Positions 41,355-54,448 of a DNA stretch of 64,000 nucleotides are shown piece after piece (position 1 is the stretch's first letter; every line of letters begins with the position of its first letter). The DNA lies in NCBI GenBank assembly GCA_002633005.1, contig NMRA01000115.1:765965-829964 (forward strand). The letters run 5' to 3'. The stretch is from Phoronis australis. Its lineage: Eukaryota; Animalia; Phoronida. The notes beneath the pieces are model-generated. The model had not been told where the DNA came from and did no database searches. It was given only the letters and a program-made list of their open reading frames with translations. The position numbers were made by a program, and so were the translations under genes.

Positions 41355-42014
41355 CTGGAATGTTTTTGTTTTGAAATTTTACCTGTTAATAAGACACACC
41401 AACAGAATTACGAGGAAAATATGACAACAGAGAAGAAGAACAAGACTGTCTGCTCCACAATGGTCCACTCAGAACTTCAGAAACACTCGAGAAAGTAGGT
41501 GTTGTCGAAAATTCTTGATGTAAATTTATATTCAAGTCTCATGCTCCTCCACTTGATAATACGGTAGGGTATTTCCCGTTATTTTATACAAAGTTGTCAT
41601 TGCTCCAGTATGAAACTCGACTAATCAAAAATTTGCGAGTTGTCAGGCGCAGTACCGGTACATTTAAATAACGCTCTAGATGAGCATTTTTTAACATAGA
41701 ATTCAACATTACTTTGCCTGCTCAGTTTTCATTGAATATGCAATTGTAATATGCTTGGACATCCCTGAGTATACCCTCAAAACTAACAAGGTACCATAAC
41801 GTGACTTAACGATAAGTCAGCAAAAATTTGTAGCCGGACATGTTACTCTGCCCGTTGTGAAGAACTTTTTTGTTCGCACGCTGTAGGTAGCATATCTAGT
41901 CTCGTTGACATGAACTTTCATACAAAACGGTCTCAAAACCTATTCTCGGGTCAAATTATACAAAAGTATTAAAAGATACACATTAAGTATGGAGAATAAA
42001 TTAACAAACTAGAC

Positions 42015-42794
42015 AAGACCCTTTACCATTGTATTATTCAGCCTCATATTGATTATTGTTTACCGGTTTGGGGGCACACTAGTGACACACTTGTAAACAA
42101 AGTCCAAGTAATCCAAAATACAGCCGCCAGGGCTATCCTGGGTACTAAAATTAGGGACACTAGGCTTGACGACTTGTACTCCAAGCTGGGATTTATGAAA
42201 ATAAGACAAAGAAATAAATATCTCTCTGCCTGTTGTATATACAGATGTATCAATGGCTTGGCTCCAGCATATCTCAGCAGTAAATTCAATAGCAGTCAGG
42301 CTGTTTATTCTACACGTTCTTCTGTTGCTGGCAATGTTTCTTCTAAAAAAATTAAAACCGAGACTGGCAAGAGATCTTTTATCTATGCAGCTGCTATAAT
42401 ATGGAATTCTTTTAGCCCAGAAATTAAACGGTCCAACTCAATTACTACCTTTAAAGTTAATGTTAAAAAGTGGCTGTAATTTACTTAACCTTTTATACCC
42501 TGCCTATCTTAATCATGTCATTTTTTCATTGTCGTAAATACTCTCATTGTCTAGAGTCATCTCTTAATTTATTTCATCTGTCTTAGTTAATTTTTTACCA
42601 TTATTTGTCATTTAGTTATTGTCTTAATTCTCAACCTTAACTGTTTTAATTGTATCTTTGTTACGTATATTTCATTGTTGTTTTATTACTTCATTGTATT
42701 ATATTACTGTTTTTCTTGTTGAGGGCCCTCTTGGAAAGGAGTGCTATCACTGAAGAGGCCACCCTCATTTTAAATACCACAATAAAAAAAAAAA
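42015..42794 (+). mobile_element. 5'-truncated L2/Crack-clade LINE (ORF2 C-terminus, 3'UTR, poly-A)
   Basis: LYHCIIQPHIDYCLPVWG...QNTAARAI...GLAPAYL...GKRSFIYAAAIIWNS...FK stays open to the stop at 42479, followed by a GC-rich hairpin-like tail and an A-run. Confidence 0.88.
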
Positions 42795-43789
42795 TGCTAC
42801 AGAACAGATGAAATGTATCGGTTTAGTTTATTTAATATAGTGGTTATACACCAGGTGTCACAGAAGTTTGAGAAAATCGCAAGAACTCAACGAAACTTTG
42901 CTTTCATTGGTCAAACAAGTCCAAGGAAGACTTACAATTTACGTGATCAATTCACTTGCCGGTTTTATTATTCTTAACGTGTCTCTGTAATTTGAGCTGG
43001 ATGTTGTTGCATTATTTCGCAAAAAGGACACTACCGTGCAGATGGTTGTTTTGTTATTGATACGTAAAAATTGTTTTCTATTTTATCATCTAGCTTATAA
43101 GCCAGTGGTATAACCTATTTTAATAATTCCAGTGTCCATTGTTTTGTCTTAGAATAATACATATACATGGAAAAGAAATCAAGTAAATTGCGTCATCGCC
43201 TCTAGCCTAAAACTCTTACAAGTTGCTTTTCTTTTCCAGTTTCTAATATTGGGGATGCCATATAATCTCATCATTTATTGTTTTTTTTTGCAAACTTTAC
43301 TTATTTCCGAACATTTTTTGTCAAAAGATTAGTAAATTTTAACTTAAAACCAGCCCATGATATGTAAATTCTTGAAAAAGAAGTTCCGATCATTAAATCC
43401 AAGATTGTGGAAGTTACCATGGAGACAACGCTGGGCATCTAGCCATGTGGACAATTCCGCGAAAAAGTCAATAAATGGCAAAACATTGAAATTATAACGA
43501 TGCTAATATTTCTATTTTCATCTGAAAGCACAGTCTCTCTAGTTTCAGGGCCACGCAAACAGTTACTTACTCGAAGAATACGTCGAGTCACGTTCAAAAT
43601 CCTAATTGAAGTTTTTATTAAAAAGATAATAGACTGCAGCCTGATTAACCTTCTTTGAGCACTGACCAAAGATTGCGTGCGTTTTCGATCACTGCCGTCG
43701 AAAAACTTTCCTTTTTGCTTATATCTGTGATTGATTAGCCAAATTTGTTTGAAACACAACATATAGGACAGTGTGAACATGAAGTAGGT

Positions 43790-44090
43790 TGAAAATTGCC
43801 AAATGTTTTTAAAAACACGTTTTGTGGAGAAAATGAACCTCTGCAAATCACTGAACCATGTCCAGTAAGTATCGTGATGTGGTGCAGGAGAATAAAACTG
43901 CATGATGCGGGCTATGTCAGGCAGAGACTTACGTCATAAGTGCAAAGGTCACCTATTAGCAGAATTTTTTATTTTCCCATTTACGAATTATCGGTGAATA
44001 CTACTGCAATTTGTTTAGCGTAGATGTAAAATAGTTGTTTAGTTCTTGTCATGCATCAGCATAGTTACGAACATGCAAATACATCTTTAA
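43790..44090 (+). repeat. Interspersed repeat, related copy at about 56970-57250
   Basis: Shared blocks GAAAATTGCCAAA, CCAGTAAGTATCGTGA, CTGCATGAT.CGGGCTATG, TTGTTTAGCGTAGATG, AGCATAGTT. Confidence 0.6.
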
Positions 44091-45395
44091 GGTTATGTCA
44101 AATCTAGAAAGTTGCCAAATTTGTCTAATTTCGGAAATAACAGATTGGATTCATTTGAAACATTAAAATTTTATGCTTCGTGCAGTGTTCTACAAAACAT
44201 TTTTAGGAATAGTACTCAAAATGTTCCACTATTGTGTGGGAAGCTATCAAAAATTGGGATTTTCGTGATTTCGTGAAAATAATTAAATGGTCACGTGCTC
44301 CAATTAACGACAGAGTGACACAAAGTCTAAAGTCAAATAATACGGAATTTCTACTTATAGAAAATGTGTACTTTCAAAAAATTTCATAGTTTTGTAGATA
44401 TTCGCGTAAATATACAGACTGGTCGATACGGTTTACAGTTACCTAAAGCCAGCGCAGACAGCCGACTGAATTCATGGTCGCTCGCATTTAGTTATGAAGT
44501 CTCCGCAACGCACTCGCGCTTTGCTCGCACTCATAACTTGTGCCCCCGATTTTTAAAACCTAAAATATATTTTCGTTGAAAATATCGGTTACACCTACCC
44601 CTGAAACTACTGGCAAACACAAATTTGTTATCATTATTGATGTGGTTCTAGATGATAGCGGTCTTCATCCCTAATCGATCTTACTTTTGTTGTAACGTAC
44701 TTGAAAGACAGCTGACAATCTTTCATTTTCATCGAAAAGCAAGTTTAGTATAAGATCATTACGGAGCTATTTGGAAGTGTACAGGTACATGTGGTATAAC
44801 TTAAACTCGACTTGCTAAGGCGTACCCAAAGTCCCGATCGGGTTGTGTTCGCAGCCGTCATACTCCCCCCGTATATGGGCATGCACTCAGAGAATGGTGT
44901 ACTACCTACGTACTTTTCTAAAATATTATCGGCGTTGTCAACGGCATCTTCAAAAATGAAAAAAACGGTGAATGAAAATGATGGCGATTGCATTGGTTAT
45001 GTCGTTATAGTTGTCATCCGTAGGTTGGCGTCTCCCTCCGTTGTTGGAGTTGTTCACCTGTGCTATTGTTGTCATTTGGGATCGAGAGCAGTTTAGTGCT
45101 CAGTGGTATGGTCATCGGCTTTAACGTCAACGTCATTATTATCGGGTGTTTTCCTATTCGAAAAAATCGGTTGCATTTATTTGGCTGTGACGTGTTCTTC
45201 GATGTTGTCTGTCGTTAATGCATTTTTGTCCGTTTTCTTTGACCTTTGTATTATGGCCCATATTTATTCAAGAATATTTTTACTGCGAAATTTAATTTTT
45301 ATTTCATTCAAGTATTCATCTTGCTGTCAGTGCAAAGTACTTCCATTCTGTAAACTAGAACCAAATCCTGTCTGACTCCATTCAAAGTTACATAC

Positions 45396-45550
45396 CACAA
45401 TGACAGGCGTCCCCACGACAAAAACAACCAGTGAATAGGTAGGAACGGTTTCCACAGCAACAGCAGGATAACGGATCGACTCGTCATCACAGAAGAAACC
45501 TCTGTTGGCCGTTTGAACAGCAGCGATGAATACCCCAATCAATCCACTTG
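45396..45550 (-). CDS. PLPP copy A, exon 2 (RGFFCDDESIRYP)
   Basis: Diagnostic LPP motif RGFFC-D-SI-YP; canonical splice sites. Confidence 0.93.
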
Positions 45551-46201
45551 CTGGAAATGACAAACAACATGCTTTGTATAAGAAGCGATAGATGTACGAA
45601 CAGATTTGAAATTGAAGTCTCCACAACAGTCGCTATTTCCTGTAACGCGGTACTTGTTCTTTAAAAATGTGTGATCTGTCGCAATGGTTTCGATTTTCCC
45701 CAACGAATGCTGAGAAACCCAACAGAAGTTGCTGTAAAAAGCGAACTAGTCTGCATTTATAGCAACCACAGGTCTTCAAGAATAAACACTCAATATAGTA
45801 ATCTGGAAAATTATAAAAGGCAATCTTCAGACTAGACCGACATTACAACTAATAATAAGAGTTTGTTCCGTGAATGAGTTCGTATTGCGCTCGCAAGTGA
45901 CATCATACCCAGAAAAGCGACCGAACCGACATTCACAGCTAAATTGCAAGAGATCAAGGTCGTGCAAAGCCCAGATTTGAATAAGAGACAATGTCAGTGC
46001 TGCATTAAGGTTCCTCGGGGTCCTAAACTAGGGCCTCTGGTAATTTGGGTTGTCCTGGTCGCATAATTCCTTACCATGAGCTTCAGAGTTCACTGGGTTG
46101 GTCAAGCCTAAAATTGGGAATTCGAAAATGAGGAATGTACGCATTTGCCTAGGTTCTTGCTTGCAACGGATAAATAATACGGTCACGGTAAGTTATAATA
46201 T

Positions 46202-47315
46202 CAGTGGCGGATCTAGGATATCACAAGGGGGGGGCCCAACTTTTTGTCCGGCTGTAAGCATTTGCGCAAACTGAATCACGATTGTAGATGCGCATAGCAC
46301 CGAATTGGGGGGAGGTCGGGAGGGGGTTTGCCCCCCTCCCGCTCAGGAAATTTTTCTGTTTTTACCTCTAAAATTCAAGAATTTTCCTTGATTCCTGAAG
46401 ACAAAAGAGGCAAAAAAGAAAAAAAAAGGAGAACGTGTCGAACAGCAAAAACTGCAAGAACCGAAGACTCNNNNNNNNNNNNNNNNNNNNNNNNNNNNNN
46501 NNNNNNNNNNNNNNNNNNNNNNNNNNNNNNNNNNNNNNNNNNNNNNNNNNNNNNNNNNNNNNNNNNNNNNNNNNNNNNNNNNNNNNNNNNNNNNNNNNNN
46601 NNNNNNNNNNNNNNNNNNNNNNNNNNNNNNNNNNNNNNNNNNNNNNNNNNNNNNNNNNNNNNNNNNNNNNNNNNNNNNNNNNNNNNNNNNNNNNNNNNNN
46701 NNNNNNNNNNNNNNNNNNNNNNNNNNNNNNNNNNNNNNNNNNNNNNNNNNNNNNNNNNNNNNNNNNNNNNNNNNNNNNNNNNNNNNNNNNNNNNNNNNNN
46801 NNNNNNNNNNNNNNNNNNNNNNNNNNNNNNNNNNNNNNNNNNNNNNNNNNNNNNNNNNNNNNNNNNNNNNNNNNNNNNNNNNNNNNNNNNNNNNNNNNNN
46901 NNNNNNNNNNNNNNNNNNNNNNNNNNNNNNNNNNNNNNNNNNNNNNNNNNNNNNNNNNNNNNNNNNNNNNNNNNNNNNNNNNNNNNNNNNNNNNNNNNNN
47001 NNNNNNNNNNNNNNNNNNNNNNNNNNNNNNNNNNNNNNNNNNNNNNNNNNNNNNNNNNNNNNNNNNNNNNNNNNNNNNNNNNNNNNNNNNNNNNNNNNNN
47101 NNNNNNNNNNNNNNNNNNNNNNNNNNNCCCCCCCCCCCAACACTAAAACTGCACACATTTAAATTTTTTTTCATCCGTATAATTTTAATTACCGGGGTTA
47201 ATTAATAAACTCAACATTTCCCTACGTTCTTACTGTTTTATTTTTTTGCGGCAGCCAAGGGGGGGGGGGGGGTGGGCCCGGGCCCCCTGGGCCCCCCCCC
47301 CTAAATCCGCCTATG
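46202..47315. mobile_element. MITE spanning the assembly gap, 5-bp TSD AATAT
   Basis: CAGTGGCGGATCTAGG...CCTAAATCCGCCTATG with AATAT on both sides. Confidence 0.6.
46471..47127. other. Assembly gap (657 N)
   Basis: Run of N. Confidence 0.99.
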
Positions 47316-48233
47316 AATATGATACCAAATTAAGAGAGTGAAAGGCCCGACGATTCATTTTCCATTTTAGCCAATTAAGAGGGCATGCAGTTAACGTTGC
47401 TGCGTAATAAGGAACCTGCGCCACCATGACGTTCAGTAACGATAGGACCATGCTAGAAAAGTAAGACTTCGAGAGATTACGTGAGACATTGCCGTGTATT
47501 TTAAATGGGAACATGAGACAGCTACTGAACTGTATCCAGCATTGGGCAAATTCCAGTAACTCAGCATCAGTTAAACACCATAACGCTCAGGGACTTAGGA
47601 TAAGGATGTAAGTCATTTACTTTCAAAAGGTCAGTTGCTAAAATCACACTTGTAGCCAGCCAGCAAGCTCGAGTGACTCGGTTATTAATACCACTATTAA
47701 CTCAAGAACATTGCAGTTATGAAATTAGTCTCAAATATGTCCATACTCAAAATGAGGGGGTTTCTTGGCTTTGATATTGCTCCAGACTAGCCCGAAAACA
47801 CAAAACACAAGATGTCTGGGTTCAAGCGGCACGCAATATCGCGTTGTCATTTTCTCAAACCTAGGAACGGCGTTTCATCTTAATATGATTAAAGTTCATG
47901 GCCATTATAAATGCAGCACTTTTAAATTCATGTTAATTTGTCCGCTTAATTTTTATTCAACTGTGTACCAAGGCTATTTACACATCATAAACCGTGAAAA
48001 CACGGAGTAAATCATTGACATGTTCGAATCTGCAATCGCTTACACAAGACTCAAGAGAGTGAGTTAAGAACTAGTAAAGGTGCATGGATACTTGAATTGA
48101 TTGAAGTTTTACTTTGAAAAGGGTAAAACGACTTTGCAACATCCCTGGGCAACAGTGTAAGAAAAGAACCTGTAGTATTTATAGCACCCCAAAGCTTGCT
48201 GGATCACCATGTCTCGTACTGACAATAACATAC

Positions 48234-48306
48234 CAAGAAGAAGAATGATCCCGTCAAAAATCCTCCGGAATAGTGTCTGCTTGCTGTTTACTTGACAGAG
48301 CGCCAT
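48234..48306 (-). CDS. Lipid phosphate phosphatase (PAP2/PLPP/wunen-like) copy A, exon 1 (MALCQVNSKQTLFRRIFDGIILLL)
   Basis: ATG preceded by an in-frame TAA; start of TM1; phase-1 G|GTATGT donor. Confidence 0.7.
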
Positions 48307-51300
48307 TTCACCGATGTCTTACCCACTCCTCCTAAAAAGTGCAGGCGGATGACCCCAACATAGTAGCAAACACAAGCGTGTATTGTGGAAAGGGTTATCT
48401 GACGTAAGCTTGTATGTTTGCTCACCATTGAGACTTCGTCTGTCATGGACGACTGGCTTCGATTACATTGTACTTGTTTGTGTTCAGACAACACTTTAAT
48501 GGATATTTATCAGATGACCGTACATTTTTAACACTATTGTGTCGTTGCCTACACGGGGAGTGTTCTGTTCAGTGAGGGTATGAATGTTGTGTTATTTTCA
48601 CCGTAAAACGGCTTCACGTGTGCCTTGAACATCTGTACGCTACGGTTGACTTATATTTACGCCTTAATGGTCGTAGGTGAAAACGACATCACATGCGTCA
48701 ATTTTAAGCAGCGAACATGACGTAAATAACTGTCTAATTCTTAATTTGCATTTGATGACCACAACATTAAAGCTAAAAGTTCGAGTTTGACCTGAAAGCT
48801 TGACTTCTTACTCAAAATCTCAATGTTTTACTACAGGCCGGTAAAAATCTTATTGGGCGTGGGGCTAATCCCCATTCAGGAACTCTTTGCACAATCAAGT
48901 ATAGTCTGCTAATGGACTAAATTGGTATATTAAACTGCAGGTAATACCCACAATAGATGCTGAGTTTAAATAGAGACTATAAGACTTACTGGCTTCTGGT
49001 GTAGTAAGGTCAGTTAAGAGGATTAATTTTTGAGACTGTGCGCATATTTTGTGAGATGCTTTCTTACACATTTTATTTAACTTTGGTAGTAAATCGCTCA
49101 GTACATACTAAAAATTAACACAAATACAAATTTGAGAAATGGGTGACTTACCCTAATGATCGGTTTCATGAGGCACGCAACTAGCTATCATGTAGCACAC
49201 TAGCACGGTGTTAATTCAACCGCGTTTTTGAAATTGTAAGAGGTAATCTAAGTCATATAAAAGCGAATGAGTAATTACCGTCTTTTTAATTTAAAGTGTA
49301 ATTTCATAAATTGTTCACATCAGAGCTCATATTTTATTGTTTGAAAATCCTGCCATCAGCCTAACGTCCTAAGAGGACTGGCTTAAGTGCACAAAAACGA
49401 AGAATATTTTATCAGTTCACAAGTCATGGTTGGAAGATAAAAGCTTGTATTTTGGTCAAAATAACTGTAACAGAAAGGATATAGCTCCAGAAGTTTTGTA
49501 TCCCCAACAGACGGCATGTGCTTTAGGCCTTCTGTTATGAAATTGTACAACGCATTTCAATGGCACCACGGCGGCAAACACGCGTAGCCATGTTGATGCA
49601 CATGGTACGTACGTTTGTATAACTTCTTTCACCGCTTTCAAGAGGTAAAGTACATTATCATGTCCAAAGTCTCTTGATCTATTTACAGCAACCTCTAGCC
49701 TATTTACATTGGCACGACGTTTCGGCCGCTCATTTCTCCAGCCATCTTCACGTTTTACAGTGCATCCTAAAATGAACGAGCATGGGGGTCTTGTACACTA
49801 ATGGCGGGCACTTGGATAATATTTTTATTGGTAGATGGCGAGGTTTGAACTAAATACCTTTTGGTTTTCAGCCCAGTCTTCTCATCACGAGGCCACTGAA
49901 TTATCAGTTTAATGCAAGTGGCCACCACGAGTGTAACAGATACCAATTCTCTCTCTTGTAAGAACGTTGTAAGGCCTTAACTGGTCGAAGAAATCTACGA
50001 CCTTAACGTTGTGCCAACAGGAGGCTAGAGGAGTGTAAACACTAGACCAAGAGATTTTAGACGTGATGATTCTTATTTATGTATCTTTGTATCAATGCAT
50101 GCATTTCGTTCCTCATACCTAGTCTAGCCGCATAAGCACTCAATGAGCTCCAAATTTCATCATGGACAGACAACGATTATACGTGTACTGAGGCGGATAA
50201 GAAAATAGTCACTACAATCCATTCATTACCGTTTTGAGTTGCCGCAAGAACCCGTGCTAGCCAAAGTGTGATTGTCTTCGGCTTAGTCTGTGTTTGACGT
50301 CAACAGCTTTTCCGACATTAAGGTACTGGTAAGAGATGCGACGACAGAGTGCGGAGTTGGTGCGGTTATTTGTGTAAACTGATTGCAAGTTTTATGAATT
50401 TATACAAATGCGCATAAAGCACAGGAAGGCCCAGATAGTTGTCTTTAAATAATATAAGAAATAAATAACCTAAACTAAAAGATAGTGCTGCACGTGACTT
50501 TCCCCACTCACGAAGGCAATGGGGTGGGGGGGGGGTTCGGTCGTTGTACGCGGGTGGCTGCCGTGAGATCGAAACGGTGAGATGTCAAATAAATGAATTT
50601 CGGTGAGCATTTATCTCTTTTCACAACTTACTGTGTTCGTGAACACAAAGTCAAAGAGGGAACACGGAGCATTCGCTCCCATGGGTCGTATGCAAGCACG
50701 ATCCAAACTACGTTTTGTTTTCGTTTCCCCGGTATCTTTTTGTCATATATACACCTCGCTTACTCAATATTATGGCGACGGATCTGATCTGTGCCTGTGG
50801 CAGGAGTTTCGATTTCACTGACAACCTTGTAACCTTTGACCTCGTGTATATAGTAAACGAATTTCCACGCGGTTGTGCGGTTCCAAGGTGATTCTGCCAA
50901 ATCTTTTTTTTCTCGCTACACGGTATATATTTCGCATTTGAAGTTCCCCGAGAATGAAGGCAGTTATTTTTCTAGGGATACATGTATGTGAAATGTTGTA
51001 AAAATGGCAAATTTTTGTGCATAAGGCTTGAAATATCCTTAAAAGCTGAAAGAAAAATTATTAAGACAACAATGTATTTAATTAACATTTCTTTTTTCTT
51101 TCATTCACCTTTAATTAAGTTCATACACAAAATAAAGAAAAGCACTCAACAATTGCACATGAGAACACAAAAAATAAATTTATTACAGAAACTGATCGGT
51201 CACCATATTCTTGATAAATATATGTTATACAACATACGTGTTTGTATTAAGTGTGCTACTACATCTCGACTCGTGATGTGCAAAAGTAATTAAACGGGGC

Positions 51301-52301
51301 GGAATACTTTTTCATACCACGAATTTCGATGTAATAACACACTTGGTACAAACACGTACGTTATATAACATACATATACGTAATAACATTGTAAAGGCGT
51401 CAAACCACAATGCACTTTTTTATTTACCGCTCGATAAGACAAAAAGAAATAACCCTGTGAATCTACAGTGCAGTCATAGGTGAAAGTAACAATACATAAA
51501 AAGTTCAATCCACTTCATTTTAGATGACGAAACTTCCTAAAAGTAACTAGACGTTGTAATTTCTGAGAATTGCAAGTAAACTAACCACGAAGGATATTAT
51601 GCTCTTGACAAAAAGTCAAGTCATTCGGTGGCTGCAATTATTCCACATCAAGTGTATACACTAGACAGTAAACAATACATCGCAAACGTGGAACAATTTA
51701 ATCAAAACTTATAATTTGAAATGACCAATATTCAACATAACATCAATACCTTTTAAACAAAACAGAATTTGATAGATAATTTTTAAATTTAACTTTAGAA
51801 TTTCTAGAGGAGCACCAGTAACAAGTCTATTGGCTACAGTTGATGTCACGTGACTTTTCACCGTAAAATAATTAATAGAGAAAAGCAATTGCACAGAAGG
51901 TTATATTTTACGAACTTTTTCTATTTTATTGACAGTTTTCGATTGAACCATTCCATGGCTCTAAGCAGTCAAAGAAAGGTATCTTTTTATTAAAGTTTCC
52001 GCATAATGTCAAAAGTTATGGGCACGAACTTTCGTTTACGGACTGCAGCTGAAATGTTCCGACCATATAAAGAAAACGAAAAGATCATTCAATATGCACG
52101 TGTAAATTTACGCTTTTTAACAATAGCGAGAAAGTGATATTGCAAACACCACAAACTAAATTTCATTACCAAACTAAAAAGTTTGCAGTCAAACAGAAGG
52201 AATGAATATGAGTTAAGGAACTGGTACAGCTGGACTTTAATATGAAATTGAGAATAGCAACTGGGTGCTGACAACCTACAGAGACATCTTGTGGCGGAAA
52301 A

Positions 52302-52394
52302 TCATACAATCTTGCCAGAAGCATTCTCTCTTGGGCTAAGAAGCATTTCCTCAGGTCGTGGTGGTCCTGTGTTTGCATTCACTTCTCTGACAAC
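52302..52394 (-). CDS. PLPP copy B, terminal exon 6 (VVREVNANTGPPRPEEMLLSPRENASGKIV*)
   Basis: Paralogous to 32897-32998 with a 9-nt in-frame length difference and the same stop context. Confidence 0.8.
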   Translation of the reverse strand, partial: VVREVNANTGPPRPEEMLLSPRENASGKIV

Positions 52395-52799
52395 CTGGAA
52401 ATGTAATGAAAGTGAGCTGGAAGGAAAACAAAGTCAACCTGTATACAACACCAGCTACAGTCACATTCATTAAAACTGAGGATGACCAGAATACTATAAT
52501 TAGCAAAATGTATAGAACATGGGCAACGCGAATCGATGATATTCGTTCACATTCCGGACTGGGCTATTCAAAACCCATAGGGGTAATAAAACAGTTATCT
52601 TCTCAGGCGGGACAATAACTTCTTTGATAAGCGGTGTTTACTTGCACAGGCCAACAGTGACAGTTACATGGCTAAAAGCAGAGTTCACAAAAACTACTTG
52701 CAAAGAAAAACAAAATTGTCACTAGAGAACTCCGCAGTAGTAGCACATACATATTTCATGAAGAGGTTTCAAGTAATTTGGTGGATATTGTGTCACAGA

Positions 52800-54287
52800 C
52801 AAGAACAGAAATGCCATGAGAGGGCGCCACAGCAGTCGGACTTGACTGAAAATTACCTTTAGCTATGCCGGTATTTCCCGAAACAGTGGTTTGGCGGCTA
52901 GTGTGGACGCCAGAAGTTATTTTTTTTTAAACGGCCACTGCGTGGCGTATAATACTTCAATTCTATTTGGAAACAGGAAGGTGTTATCGATTCCTTAATA
53001 TGAACCTATTTGACAACTGCAACTTGAGATACATAGGAAGAACGTAAAATCTAAAATTGCAACTAAGAGGCACGACAGTAGTCAGCTGCGTCTGAAAATA
53101 TTCGTCACCCCTTGTCACGTCCAAAGAAGTTCACTTGCCAAACTTCACAAAGATCCTGCAGGAGTTGAGGAGAAACGACTGAGGACGCGAAAAAAGAAAA
53201 ACTGCCAATGAGGAGTGCTATGATAGCCGAAGGCATAAAAATCATAGGGAGTCAAGGTCTTTCCGGTAAGAACACATACACAAATTTTATAAAGATCCTT
53301 AGAATGTTTTAGCCGATAGAGAGGCGGACGTCAGAAACTCAAAAATAATAAAAAGGCCACTCGGTAGCGTATATCACGTGAAACCTATTTGAAAACGGGA
53401 AGGTGTCACGGCCTCTAAAATAGAAACTTATTTGCCAAATTTCATATAAAATCCGTCATGGAACTACAAAGCTACAGAGGAAAATAGAAAACAAAAATGG
53501 CCACTAGAGGTCACAGCGATACTCCGATCCGCCCTAATGTTTTCCTCGTCCGTTGTCACCCTCACAATAACACATTTGCCAAAGTTAACAACCCTGCACA
53601 GGGTTCAAGATATACATCCATGGGTGTAAATATTGCCACTAGGAGGCGCCACAGTAGTCGGCGCCGTCCATCGTCAGCTCCCCCTTCCCAGTAGGAACAC
53701 AGATGCGAATTTTCATAATGATCCTCAGATAGAGTGGTTCGCCAATACATAGGTGGACGACGAAAGGAGTCGAAAACAGTAAAAAAGGCCACTAAGTGGC
53801 GCAAAATAGTCACATTTCATCCGAAAATGGAAAGGTGACATCGTCTTCCTAAGATACGTGTTTTGCAAATTTCATAAAAACCGTTGAGAAACTCCGAAGA
53901 TTCAGAGGCAAATATAAAAAATAAAATTGCCACTTGTGGGCACATCGCTAGTCAAGCCAGTCCAAAAATTTGCTTTTAGACAGATGCGGATTTAGAGGGG
54001 GCCAAGGGGGTCATGGCTCCCCTAAAATTCTCCCAGATTCCATTTGGCAGTTCGAGGGTGAGAATGTATGAAGGGGAAAATCCTGGTTAATACTCCTGCC
54101 CTGGCCACCCTAACACAAAATCCTGGATCCACCCCTGTTAGCGCCCAATCAAAAAGGCACACATCTGTAAAATTAGATGAATAGCCACCTAAGGGATCCG
54201 GAGATACAGCAGCGGACTCCGGACGGTAGTACGGACACGGATGACAACATTATGCTCCAACATATAAATATATGGGCGCATAAAAAC
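52800..54287 (-). mobile_element. Helentron-associated non-autonomous element (HINE/DINE-1/Tsp-like) with about 140-bp central repeats
   Basis: Minus strand starts TTTTTATGCGCCC..GGAGCATA (hairpin), then a degenerate (GTCC)-type microsatellite and tandem units, and ends in CTTGT. Confidence 0.55.
53981..54137. mobile_element. Small MITE inserted in the HINE of copy B
   Basis: CAGATGCGGATTTAG...CTGGATCCACCCCTG with TTAGA/TTAGC flanks; missing from copy A. Confidence 0.55.
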
Positions 54288-54448
54288 TAAGCGTAATGAT
54301 TTAGAAGCATTTGTAAATCTATACAAATCTTTAAGTCAATTAAAAGAATGTCTCACCCAGGCAATAATTTGAGTTAAATGGTTCAGTACTTTTGTAATAG
54401 GCAAGATGCAGATAAGGTACTTGGAGGAATAAAGGCATATGGGAATCG

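Noticed and set aside
46328-47205. ORFs of 256-272 aa
   Set aside because: Artefacts of reading through the N gap.
49820-49900. tRNA-like A/B-box sequence on the minus strand
   Set aside because: No intact cloverleaf; at most a decayed SINE head.
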